Of a DNA stretch of 64,000 nucleotides, positions 1 to 8,972 are shown one piece after another. A program made the position numbers and the translations under genes. The notes under the pieces were generated by a model. The model was not told where the DNA came from, searched no databases, and worked only from the letters and a program-made list of their open reading frames with translations. This DNA is from an uncultured delta proteobacterium. Lineage in GTDB: Bacteria > Myxococcota_A > Polyangia > Fen-1088. Location: assembly GCA_963755125.1 (NCBI GenBank), contig CAVWIP010000014.1, positions 96,001 to 160,000 of the forward strand. The letters run 5' to 3'. Each line of letters begins with the position of its first letter. The first letter of the stretch is position 1.

Positions 1-597
1 GTTTGCGCGACAGACGGCGTCGGGAACACCTCCGCTGGAGCTTCCGGGGTCGTGACAATCCCTTCTGTGCAAGGCCGGGCGTTGGCGTTTTCGAGTCCTC
101 GTCCGAACGCTTACTCTTCGTTGCGGCCCGCAACCTCGCCCACCCTGCCAAGTGGGGCCACCAGCGTTTCCCCTGTCGGCGCCACTCAATCTTCGCAGCT
201 TCGGTCTTCCGCCGTTTTCGTGCGTTCTCCTTACGTTCTCACGGGTAATACCTCCAGGCATTACTAGCCTGGATTTTTGCGGCGAAACAGCAGAGGTCCT
301 ACTTGAATAAACAGCGATGAGTGATCTCCTAAGATGACCGGGCCGTTTCCAGGCACGCGCGCAGATCGTTGCGCACCTCCAGCCCACGGCAACGTTTCAG
401 ATCGGGCACGAAACGGTGTTCGAGTTCCCGCTGCCAGCCCGTGCGTAGGACAGTGTGGCATCGTTCGCAGCTGTGAAGTTCTCGACGGATGGCCATAGTA
501 GCCGGCACGGCGGCCGAAATCCGGATTGACGTAAACTACATCCACCTACGCACCCAATCATCTCTCTACCCAGCTCCAGCTTCAGCCCGCGCAGGTA

Positions 598-1683
598 GTG
601 GCCGAAGATAGGACCATGGACGAAATGCGCTCCTCATTCGATGATCGTTTTCGCCGGCCGGAACAATCCTCCATTTACTGGGTCCGACGGGACATTGGGA
701 TCTGGTGGCGACTGTGTTTACCGTGGTTGGTTTGTGTAGTGGTAACCGCGCTCGGGTTTGGCTGCAGCAACAACTCCAGCGGAATTGTGGTTGCGCGAGA
801 TGGGAATAGCGGTGATGCGCGTCTGGCCGGGGATGCCTCGCCGGATATTTTCACGGATGCGTCCAGCCAGGGTACGGATTCGGGGACCATCACGGGCGGC
901 GATGTCGCGGCCGGCCGAGACGCGGGAGGCGGCGAGTTTCCGGATGCGTCCAGCCAGAGTACAGATTCGGGGACCATCACGGGCGGCGATGTCGCGGCCG
1001 GCCGAGACGCGGGAGGCGGCGAGTTTCCGGATGCGTCCAGCCAGGGTACGGATTCGGGGACCATCACGGGCGGCGATGTCGCGGCCGGCCGAGACGTGGG
1101 AGGCGGCGAGTTTCCGGATGCGTCCAGCCAGGGTACGGATTCGGGGACCATCACGGGCGGCGATGTCGCGGCCGGCCGAGACGCGGGAGGCGGCGAGGGC
1201 GACGGTGGACCAATCTCGGACACGGGCGAGACGTTCTTGGTCCCTATGTACGAGGAGAACACTTCGAGCGCAGGGATCCTCGAGTCGGGTGTCGCCTACA
1301 TCATCTCGGTTGGGGGCACGTACAGCCTCTGGCCCTCCACGGACTGGACATTGGTGTGCGCGGGCACGCCCGAATCGGCGCCCGAGTTCTCGACATCGGA
1401 GTCGGGGCCCGTGAGCAACGACGCCGAGTGGCTCTTCGCGTGGCCCATGATCGCATCGTTCTGCGCGAGGGGCGCGGTGCCCCCGGTGGCGTTTCACGCT
1501 CTCCAGTTCGCCGTCGACGGGAGCACATATGTGCCGTTGCAGCCGAGCGAGAAGCTACTGACGGCCGACCATGTGTATCACTACAGCGTGATTGGCGCCG
1601 GCAGCCCGCTCGGCATCTACGTAACCGACGGCGTGAACGCGTGGGACAACTACGGCGCGCTGCAGGTGACGATCACGCGCTAA
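598..1683 (+). CDS. Putative lipoprotein with a 29-aa tandem-repeat linker and a C-terminal beta-rich domain (true start uncertain, possibly downstream)
   Basis: Hydrophobic stretch ending in lipobox-like LGFGC; about four DASSQGTDSGTITGGDVAAGRDAGGGEFP repeats; C-terminal globular region ending DNYGALQVTITR. Confidence 0.7.
   Translation: MAEDRTMDEMRSSFDDRFRRPEQSSIYWVRRDIGIWWRLCLPWLVCVVVTALGFGCSNNSSGIVVARDGNSGDARLAGDASPDIFTDASSQGTDSGTITGGDVAAGRDAGGGEFPDASSQSTDSGTITGGDVAAGRDAGGGEFPDASSQGTDSGTITGGDVAAGRDVGGGEFPDASSQGTDSGTITGGDVAAGRDAGGGEGDGGPISDTGETFLVPMYEENTSSAGILESGVAYIISVGGTYSLWPSTDWTLVCAGTPESAPEFSTSESGPVSNDAEWLFAWPMIASFCARGAVPPVAFHALQFAVDGSTYVPLQPSEKLLTADHVYHYSVIGAGSPLGIYVTDGVNAWDNYGALQVTITR
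854..1197 (+). repeat. Intragenic tandem repeat, 87-bp unit, about 4 near-identical copies
   Basis: Unit beginning cggatgcgtccagccag recurs at 854, 941, 1028 and 1115; in frame, no spacers. Confidence 0.95.
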
Positions 1684-2039
1684 GGAACTCCGGGTAGTGG
1701 GGACATCAGCCGTCGAGCGACGGGCCGGAGTAGACATCGTGCACGTGGGGACTCGGGTATCGCGTCGGTGGCTAACCCTGGGGGCAGATGACGAAGAGCG
1801 GCGGCGAAATGGTGGCGCGCAATCGTTGTGGCTGCGCGAAGTTAAGGGCCGCCGGGCCAGGGCGCCGAGTTCGAGGTCGTCCTGCCCACGGTACCCGTGG
1901 AGTCGGGGCGGCAGAGGCGTGTGGTGGAGAGAATGCTCAACGTGGGGCCGAGGGAACAGAAACGAAGGAATATCGTTCCGCAATCGTTCCGGAGCGACAT
2001 TGGCGCCGCCTCGCGCCGCCGAAAACCCCGGTAATTTCG

Positions 2040-2112
2040 TGGAGCTGAACGGGATCGAACCGTCGGCCTCCTGAATGCCATTCAGGCGCTCTCCCAGCTG
2101 AGCTACAGCCCC
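2040..2112 (-). tRNA. tRNA-Ala (GGC), CCA not encoded
   Basis: Reverse complement GGGGCTGTAGCTCAGCTGGGAGAGCGCCTGAATGGCATTCAGGAGGCCGACGGTTCGATCCCGTTCAGCTCCA folds as a cloverleaf; anticodon GGC, G3:U70 alanine identity pair, followed by CGA rather than CCA. Confidence 0.97.
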
Positions 2113-2274
2113 ATGTCCCCTTGCGGGGCGTAAAGGTAATTACCAGCCGGCGCGCCGTTGGTCAACACCCTCCGCGGCGCGCTTGCTTGACACGGGGGCA
2201 TGGGGTGTCAGAGTCTGCCCTTCCCCGGGGACCCAATCCCTGAGTCTTCCAAGAGATTTTCTGCAGGAGAAGCC

Positions 2275-3375
2275 ATGGCAACGATCGATTTCGGTGGAGT
2301 CAAAGAAGAAGTCGTCACCCGCGAAGAGTTCCCCATGAAGAAGGCGCTCGAGGTCTTGAAGAACGAGACGGTCGCGGTGATCGGCTATGGCGTGCAGGGC
2401 CCGGCCCAGTCGCTTAACATGCGGGACAACGGCGTCAACGTCATCATCGGCCAGGCGTCCAAGTTCAAGCGCGACTGGGACCGCGCCATCAACGACGGCT
2501 GGGTGCCGGGCAAGACCCTGTTCGAGATCGAGGAAGCCGCGGAGCGCGGCACCATCATCCAGATGCTGGTCTCGGACGCCGCGCAAAAGGCGATCTGGCC
2601 CGAGATCAAGAAGCACCTCAAGAAGGGCGACGCGGTCTACTTCTCGCACGGTTTCTCTATCGTCTACAAAGATCAGACGGGCGTGATTCCGCCGAAGGAC
2701 GTGGACGTGATCATGGTCGCGCCCAAGGGCTCGGGCCTGAACGTGCGGCGCAATTTCCTGTCGGGCGCGGGCATCAACTCCAGCTTCGCGGTCGAGCAGG
2801 ACGCCACCGGCCGCGCACGCGAGCGCGCCATCGCCATCGGCATCGCGGTGGGTTCGGGCTATCTGTTCCCCACCACCTTCCAGAAGGAAGTGTACAGCGA
2901 TCTGACCGGCGAGCGCGGCGTGCTGATGGGCGCGCTGGCCGGGATCATGGACGCCCAGTACGAAGTGCTGCGCGCCAACGGCCACAGCCCGAGCGAGGCA
3001 TTCAACGAGACGGTCGAGGAGCTGACCCAGAGCCTCATCCGTCTGGTCGACGAGAACGGCATGGACTGGATGTACTCGAACTGCTCGGCCACCGCGCAGC
3101 GGGGCGCGCTCGACTGGCGCCCGCGCTTCAAGTCGGCGGTGCTGCCGGTTTTCCACTGGCTCTACGACCGCGTGGCCTCGGGCAAGGAAACCGCGCGCGT
3201 GCTCGAGTCCACCGGCGGCCCCAACTACCAGGAGCTGCTCGGCAAGGAACTGGCCGAGATGGGCAACAGCGAAATGTGGCGCGCCGGGAAAGCCACGCGC
3301 GCGTTGCGCCCCAAAGAGGCAGCGAAGGCCATCTCGGCGGATACTAAGGGCGTGGGCGGCCGCAGCGAGAATTAG
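2275..3375 (+). CDS. ilvC: Ketol-acid reductoisomerase (resembles the Ilv5/Bacteroidota type)
   Basis: VAVIGYGVQGPAQSLNMRD Rossmann motif, FSHGF, MVAPKGSG, DLTGERGVLMG, CSATAQRG; AGGAG RBS before ATG 2275. Confidence 0.95.
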   Translation: MATIDFGGVKEEVVTREEFPMKKALEVLKNETVAVIGYGVQGPAQSLNMRDNGVNVIIGQASKFKRDWDRAINDGWVPGKTLFEIEEAAERGTIIQMLVSDAAQKAIWPEIKKHLKKGDAVYFSHGFSIVYKDQTGVIPPKDVDVIMVAPKGSGLNVRRNFLSGAGINSSFAVEQDATGRARERAIAIGIAVGSGYLFPTTFQKEVYSDLTGERGVLMGALAGIMDAQYEVLRANGHSPSEAFNETVEELTQSLIRLVDENGMDWMYSNCSATAQRGALDWRPRFKSAVLPVFHWLYDRVASGKETARVLESTGGPNYQELLGKELAEMGNSEMWRAGKATRALRPKEAAKAISADTKGVGGRSEN

Positions 3376-3618
3376 AACGCTCAGAACAGGTCGGCGCCGA
3401 TCCCCAGCACGGCGGCGGAGTCCTGTGCGGTCTGGGGTCCTGCCAACTCGACGGTGAAACCGCCGCGCACGTTCGGGCGTCTTGCGCCGAAAGTGAATCC
3501 GACGCGCCAATCGAAGCCGACGCCCTTGTACTCTGAAGGCGGGGGAGGGTCGCCCGAGAAACCGCAAGAGCGAGATCCACCGTCTGCCGACGAACCCTCA
3601 CCGGTGGCCAAGGGATTT

Positions 3619-4320
3619 CTAGATCCTCCGTCGCAACAGCAGTAGCCCCACGCCCACCACCACAAGCAGTTGCCACAGGCGTGGGCCATAGACCATCAGG
3701 CTGCCCAGCAGAAAGAGCGCCAACACCACGGCTGCAATGACCGGCAGGTTGCCGGTTGACCTGAGCTCAACCCGAAACTCATCCGGCGGTGGCACGTTGC
3801 GACCCATGATGAAACGCCACAGCGCGATCTGCTCGCCGGCCCGGCGCGGATGGCGGCCCATCTCGCGCGCCGCCAGTGCCTCCAGTTCGGCTCGTAGGGC
3901 CGCCTGCTGGTCCGGCGAGAGCCCGCCAGCCTCCGGCGCGGGCCACTCGCGTGCGGGTTTCTGCGCCTCTGCTTCGGGCCGACTGGCCCGCCACAGTTTC
4001 TCGTTGTGGGCGCGTGCCGCGGCAGTGTCCAGCCGCGCTCCACAGTTGACGCAGGTCCGGTCAAAGAGATTGTTGGGTCTTTCGCAGTGGGGACAGTCGT
4101 TGCGAGGGACGGCCTTGAAGCCTTCCGCATCCACGGCGATCGAGGAGCCGTCCTCGGTGGACGGGCGGAACGCGCTGGAAAGGCGATTGGCCGGCGGCTT
4201 TTCCCCGGGCGCCAGCACCACGTCGAAGCGGTCGCTGGTGACGGTGTGGTTCGGCTCGCCGGCGGCTTCGCTGCGCGGCCCTTCGAGCTGGCGGAAACGG
4301 TCGCGGGTTTCGTCGTCCAT
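3619..4320 (-). CDS. Hypothetical membrane protein with a Zn-ribbon
   Basis: CPHC-x10-CVNC motif and two C-terminal hydrophobic helices; directly downstream of the AAA ATPase. Confidence 0.65.
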   Translation of the reverse strand: MDDETRDRFRQLEGPRSEAAGEPNHTVTSDRFDVVLAPGEKPPANRLSSAFRPSTEDGSSIAVDAEGFKAVPRNDCPHCERPNNLFDRTCVNCGARLDTAAARAHNEKLWRASRPEAEAQKPAREWPAPEAGGLSPDQQAALRAELEALAAREMGRHPRRAGEQIALWRFIMGRNVPPPDEFRVELRSTGNLPVIAAVVLALFLLGSLMVYGPRLWQLLVVVGVGLLLLRRRI

Positions 4321-4338
4321 GACTGGCAAAGCTCCGCG

Positions 4339-5895
4339 CTAGACGATCCCGATCTTACCTGGACGCTCGGGCGTGGAGGCTGGGCGGGTGCGCGTGCGTG
4401 CCCATTCGCGCAGACGCGCGATGTCCTCGCGCATGGTCACGGCCAAGGGCATGGTCTCGCTGAGCGCGGCAACCAGGTGTTGCTGTTGCAGTTCCACGCC
4501 CTCGGCAAAGGCCGCGTACAGCCCGCTCACCACCACCTGCTCGATCTCGGCGCCGCTGAAGTGCTCGGCCCGCCGGGCCAGCTCTTCGACATTGAAATTG
4601 TCAGGGTTGCGACCGAAACGCTGCAGGTGAATGGTGAAGATCTGGGCGCGCTCGCCGGCGGTGGGCAGATCGATGAAGAAGATCTCGTCGAAGCGGCCCT
4701 TGCGCAGCAGTTCCGCCGGCAGGCTGTCGATGCGGTTGGCGGTGGCCACCACGAACACCGGCGCGGTCTTCTCCTGCAACCAGGTGAGAAAGGTGCCGAA
4801 GACGCGCGCGGTGACGCCGCTGTCGCTGGCCCCGGACGACCCGATTCCGGCCAGGCTCTTTTCCAGCTCGTCGACCCACAGCACGGCCGGGGCGATGCTC
4901 TCGGCGATGCGCATGGCCTTGCGCATGTTCTCCTCGGACGAGCCCACCAGGCCGCTGAAGATGCGCCCCATGTCCAGGCGGAGCAACGGCAGATGCCACT
5001 GCGACGCTACCGCCTTGGCGGTCAGGCTTTTGCCGCAGCCTTGCACCCCGAGCAGCAGCAGGCCCTTGGGCGCGGGCAACCCGAACTGGCGCGCGCGCTC
5101 GGTGAAGGCGGCGGTGCGCTGATCCAGCCAGGCCTTCAGGTTCTGCAGGCCGCCGATGCTGGCGAAGCTCTCGGCGGTTGCGTAGTACTCCAGCAGGCCG
5201 CTCTTGCGGATGAGCTGGCGTTTTTCCGTGAGCACCAACTGGATGTCAGCCGCGTCCAGGCGCTGGTCCTTGGCGATGGCCTTGGCAAAGGCATTCTCGG
5301 CCTCGGACAGCGTCAGTCCCAAGGCAGCCTTGAGCAGGGGCTCGACTTCCTCGTTGCGCAGGTCGATGACGGCCTTCTTGCCCTCGCGTACCACAGCCAC
5401 GATCTCGCGCAATAGCTTGAGCAGATCCTCGATGGCGGGCAGGGGCACGTCCAGCACCGAGATTTCCTTTTCCAGTTCGATCGGGATGTTGAGCACCGGC
5501 GAGACCAGCACCATGGTCGTGAACGTGCTCTTCAGGCTGCGGGCCAGCTCGCGCGTGCGCCGGATCACCGCTGCATCGTTCAGGTAGGGATGGAAGTCCT
5601 TGAACACGACCAGCGCTGGCTCGGTCAACTTCTCCACGGCCGCGAGCGCGCCGCCCGGGTCCGTGGGCCCGTCGGCCTTGCTCGCGGTCCTGCCATTGTC
5701 CATGCGGCAGAGGCCTTGCGTGGCGGACCAGGTGAAAAGCGCCTTGCCGTGAGATTCGGCCAGGGTCGCGAGCACGACGTCAACGCGTTGCTCTTCCCAG
5801 GTCACCAGATAGATGAGTGGGTAGCGGGCGCGAATGAGGACGTCCAGCTCGTCGACGAAAGCGGACAGGGAAGGGCTGGTCGGCGAATCGGGCAT
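4339..5895 (-). CDS. Ycf46-family AAA+ ATPase
   Basis: Walker A GVQGCGKS, Walker [21 protein letters not shown]-terminal [10 protein letters not shown] and FKDFH segments typical of Ycf46. Confidence 0.88.
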   Translation of the reverse strand: MPDSPTSPSLSAFVDELDVLIRARYPLIYLVTWEEQRVDVVLATLAESHGKALFTWSATQGLCRMDNGRTASKADGPTDPGGALAAVEKLTEPALVVFKDFHPYLNDAAVIRRTRELARSLKSTFTTMVLVSPVLNIPIELEKEISVLDVPLPAIEDLLKLLREIVAVVREGKKAVIDLRNEEVEPLLKAALGLTLSEAENAFAKAIAKDQRLDAADIQLVLTEKRQLIRKSGLLEYYATAESFASIGGLQNLKAWLDQRTAAFTERARQFGLPAPKGLLLLGVQGCGKSLTAKAVASQWHLPLLRLDMGRIFSGLVGSSEENMRKAMRIAESIAPAVLWVDELEKSLAGIGSSGASDSGVTARVFGTFLTWLQEKTAPVFVVATANRIDSLPAELLRKGRFDEIFFIDLPTAGERAQIFTIHLQRFGRNPDNFNVEELARRAEHFSGAEIEQVVVSGLYAAFAEGVELQQQHLVAALSETMPLAVTMREDIARLREWARTRTRPASTPERPGKIGIV

Positions 5896-6140
5896 GTCTC
5901 GCTATTATGCTCCGGTCTGGCGGCGCCAAGAAGAAGGCTCTGCCGCGGGAGGCCCGTCCGTCTTTCCCTGGCGCGCAGGGTCACACGATCCCATGACTCA
6001 AGCCGGGTGCCGGAACAGACGAGATTCCCCTTTGAAAGTCGAAGTCTGCGGGCGCGGATGCCGAGCCCGCAGAGAGTCCCCATGGCACGAGAAGGAAGCC
6101 CCAACGAAACAAGGGAGCCGAACTCCCAAGGGAGGAACGC

Positions 6141-6530
6141 GTGAACGCGGTCAAGAACAGAAAAGTTCTCGTTGTCGAGGACTCCCGGCTCATCCACAAA
6201 ATGTACGAAGTCATGCTACGGCCAACCACCTTGGTGTCCGCCTACGATGGGCGCGATGGGCTGGACAAGCTCAGCCAGAGCCCTGACGTGGATCTCATCA
6301 TCCTGGATATCAACATGCCGAAGATGACCGGGCTGGAGTTTCTGGCGCAGGTGAAGTCCACCCCGGCCCTGGCCCAGATTCCCGTGATCATCGTCTCCAC
6401 CGAGGGCAAGGAGGAGGATGTCGCGCGCGGCCTGCAGAACGGAGCCGCGGCTTATCTCAGGAAACCGTTTCAGCGCGAGGATCTCCTCAAGTTGGTCAAC
6501 CGGCTCGAGTCCAAGCAACCTGCGGCATGA
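6141..6530 (+). CDS. cheY: Single-domain response regulator (CheY-like)
   Basis: VVEDS, LDINMP, VST, RKPF receiver motifs; first gene of the che operon. Confidence 0.85.
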   Translation: MNAVKNRKVLVVEDSRLIHKMYEVMLRPTTLVSAYDGRDGLDKLSQSPDVDLIILDINMPKMTGLEFLAQVKSTPALAQIPVIIVSTEGKEEDVARGLQNGAAAYLRKPFQREDLLKLVNRLESKQPAA

Positions 6531-7312
6531 GCGACGGCAGCAACATGACTGACCCAATTCTTCCCGCAGATGTGCCCGCCGACGAGGGCGCTCTGGCCCA
6601 GGGAGGGCGAGATGCAATGGCCACCTTGCAGCGGGCGCAGCAACTCGTGCGCGATGCGCAGGCGGCCATCGAGGAGGCGAGCCGAGTGGTGGGCCTGGGC
6701 AACGGGGCAGGGCCGTCGGACGGGGTAGAGGCGCGCCTGGTCGCCGCGGAGAACGAGCGCGCGGAGCTGACCGGTCGCCTGGCCGATGTGGAGCACCAGG
6801 TGGGCCGCCTGATGACCCTGTACGTGGCCACCTATCAACTTCATGCCACGCTCGACCCGGTCGAGGTGCAGACGACCATCGCCGAGATCGCACTCAACCT
6901 GATCGGCGCCGAGCAGTTCGTGCTGCTGCTCATCGACGATGAGGATCAGAGCTACGAAATACGGCTCAGGCAAGGCGAGCCCACCACGCCCTGGGCGCAG
7001 GCCGAACGCTACGCAGGCGGCGATTTTCTGGTGGACGCGGCGCTGGCCGACGGCGGGCTGCGATTCGGTCCCACCGCGCAATCGTCGGCCCTGGCGGTGG
7101 TGCCCTTGCGCGTGCAGGACGTGACCGTCGGGGCGCTGGTCATCTTCAAGCTGCTGGCGCACAAGCCGGCCTTCGTGAAGGAAGACCACGATCTGCTCGA
7201 TCTGCTGGGGGCTCATGCCGCATCTGCGGTCTTCGCCTCCCGGGTTTACTCCAAGACGGCGCGCAAGCTGCGCACGCTCGAGAGCCTGATCCGCTTGGTC
7301 AACAAAGGATGA
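6527..7312 (+). CDS. Coiled-coil plus GAF-domain protein
   Basis: N-terminal coiled coil, then LAVVPLRV...VGALVIF...DLLDLLGAHAA GAF pattern; ATGA overlap with cheY. Confidence 0.8.
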   Translation: MSDGSNMTDPILPADVPADEGALAQGGRDAMATLQRAQQLVRDAQAAIEEASRVVGLGNGAGPSDGVEARLVAAENERAELTGRLADVEHQVGRLMTLYVATYQLHATLDPVEVQTTIAEIALNLIGAEQFVLLLIDDEDQSYEIRLRQGEPTTPWAQAERYAGGDFLVDAALADGGLRFGPTAQSSALAVVPLRVQDVTVGALVIFKLLAHKPAFVKEDHDLLDLLGAHAASAVFASRVYSKTARKLRTLESLIRLVNKG

Positions 7313-7351
7313 CGTGATCGGGACGACCTGGCATAACCTGGGGCCGCGCGC

Positions 7352-8968
7352 ATGAGCTTCCAGGGTCGCATCGAGGATGTCGCCATCGCGGACGTGATGC
7401 AGCTCATCCGTCTGGGCGGGCATTCGGGCACTTTGTCGATTCACTCCGCCGAAGACGAGGCGCTCATCGGGTTCGAACGCGGTCGCCTGGTCAGCGCCTG
7501 GACCCCGCGCAGGTTGCGCCTGGGCGAGATGCTGGTTGCGGCCGGTGCCATCGGCGAGGCCACCTTGCAGCGGGCGCTGGAGACGCAAGAGGTGGAACGA
7601 CCCCGGCGCACCATCGGGCAGATTCTGGTCCGCCAGGCTGCCACCACGCCCGAGGTCATCCGGCAGGTCGTCGGGCAAGAGATCGAGCGCGTGGTCAAGG
7701 AGGTGCTGGCCTGGCCCACCGGCACTTTCGAATTCGCGCTCGACGATCTGACGCCCATGGTGGAGGTGTCGCGCTTCTCCGGCGCGCCCAAGGTCGACCT
7801 AGACACGCAGCAGGTCCTGCTGGAGGTTCTGCAGGCGATGGAGGAGGAGTCGACCCGCGCTGCCTGCCAGCCGCCCGTTCCGATCGAGGTCTTGCCGGAA
7901 GGGTCGCAGCCGCTCGAGGAATTCGTGCAGGTGCTGACCAAGGGCAACCGCAAGCGGCCCGAGGGCGAAGTGACGTCGGTGCCCGAGCCCGCGGCCCCCG
8001 ATAGCGGGATCACCACCAAAAGCGAAGTGCCCGATCGGCCGCGCTTTCAGCTGGTCTCTCCCGACGCAGACCTGCTGGCGCAGATCAATCACCTCCTGGC
8101 CGAGACCGGCGACCGCATGTCAGTGGTAGGTTTGCGCGATGCCGGGGCGTCGTTGCTGGGCGAGGCGCCGCCCATCGTGGTGGTGGACCTGCGCTACCAG
8201 TCACGGGCGGTAGAAACGCTCACCGCGCTCTGCCGGGCGCGACCCCGGGCCTCGGTGGTCGCGCTCTTCGTGGGGCGCGCCCCTTTGTGCGACATCTACC
8301 ATGCGGGCGTGGTGTCCATCACCTCGGCCGGACCCGAAACCGTGGTCGCCTGTGTGCGCAGTGTGGCGCGCCAGCGCAAGTACCTGTCCAACGAAAACGC
8401 CATCGCCGAGGGTGTACGCTCCAGCTTCGCGCGCTTGCGACGGATCATCGCCGATCTGCGCTCCGGGCTTCTCGCCACCTCGGTGTCGCTCAATCTGCTC
8501 AACGTGGTGGCCGAGTCGCTCGACCGCGGCGTGCTGCTGGTGCCTGACGGCGAGAACTTGGTGGGCTTGGGCGCCTTCGGGCAAACCGCGCAAGGCGAGG
8601 AATTGGTGGCCAAGACGCAGAACCTGGCCTTTCCCGTGGGCGAGAGTGGCGTCTTCTGCGACTGTCTCAAGGACAGCCAGACCCGCCGCCTCAACTACGA
8701 CAGCGCAGTATTGCCGCAGGCTTTCCGCGACGTGGTCGACCGTCCTGCGTCGGGCGAGATCGCGGTCTTGCCTGTGCCCGGCAGCGAGCGCGTGATCGCC
8801 ATCATCTACCTCGATAACGGTGCTCGCGATCGGCCGGTGGGCGACATCGAGATCTTCGAGTTGGCTGCGTTCCAACTCGGCTTGGCGCTGGAGAACGAGT
8901 TCTTGCGGCGCTCGGCCCCCGAGCGCAAGACGGGCGGACCCGTTATCAAGATGCGCAACATGGGATAG
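7352..8968 (+). CDS. DUF4388 (PatA-N-like) protein with degenerate receiver and C-terminal GAF-like domain
   Basis: FQGRIEDVAIADVMQLI...SGTL...W-x2-GTFEF DUF4388 pattern; RLGEMLV and IGQILV motifs; C-terminal VLPV...IAIIYLDN. Confidence 0.8.
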   Translation: MSFQGRIEDVAIADVMQLIRLGGHSGTLSIHSAEDEALIGFERGRLVSAWTPRRLRLGEMLVAAGAIGEATLQRALETQEVERPRRTIGQILVRQAATTPEVIRQVVGQEIERVVKEVLAWPTGTFEFALDDLTPMVEVSRFSGAPKVDLDTQQVLLEVLQAMEEESTRAACQPPVPIEVLPEGSQPLEEFVQVLTKGNRKRPEGEVTSVPEPAAPDSGITTKSEVPDRPRFQLVSPDADLLAQINHLLAETGDRMSVVGLRDAGASLLGEAPPIVVVDLRYQSRAVETLTALCRARPRASVVALFVGRAPLCDIYHAGVVSITSAGPETVVACVRSVARQRKYLSNENAIAEGVRSSFARLRRIIADLRSGLLATSVSLNLLNVVAESLDRGVLLVPDGENLVGLGAFGQTAQGEELVAKTQNLAFPVGESGVFCDCLKDSQTRRLNYDSAVLPQAFRDVVDRPASGEIAVLPVPGSERVIAIIYLDNGARDRPVGDIEIFELAAFQLGLALENEFLRRSAPERKTGGPVIKMRNMG

Positions 8969-8972
8969 CGCC

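Noticed and set aside
1..597. Small ORFs at the window start
   Set aside because: No recognisable motifs; the one clear GGAGG-GTG on the minus strand hits a stop after three codons
854..1197. Possible CRISPR array
   Set aside because: Units are contiguous with no unique spacers, are a multiple of 3 and lie in frame in a lipoprotein; no cas genes in the window
3381..3618. Short minus-strand frame ending in barrel-like strands (...AAVLGIGADLF)
   Set aside because: No convincing start or signal peptide; could be a remnant but cannot be supported
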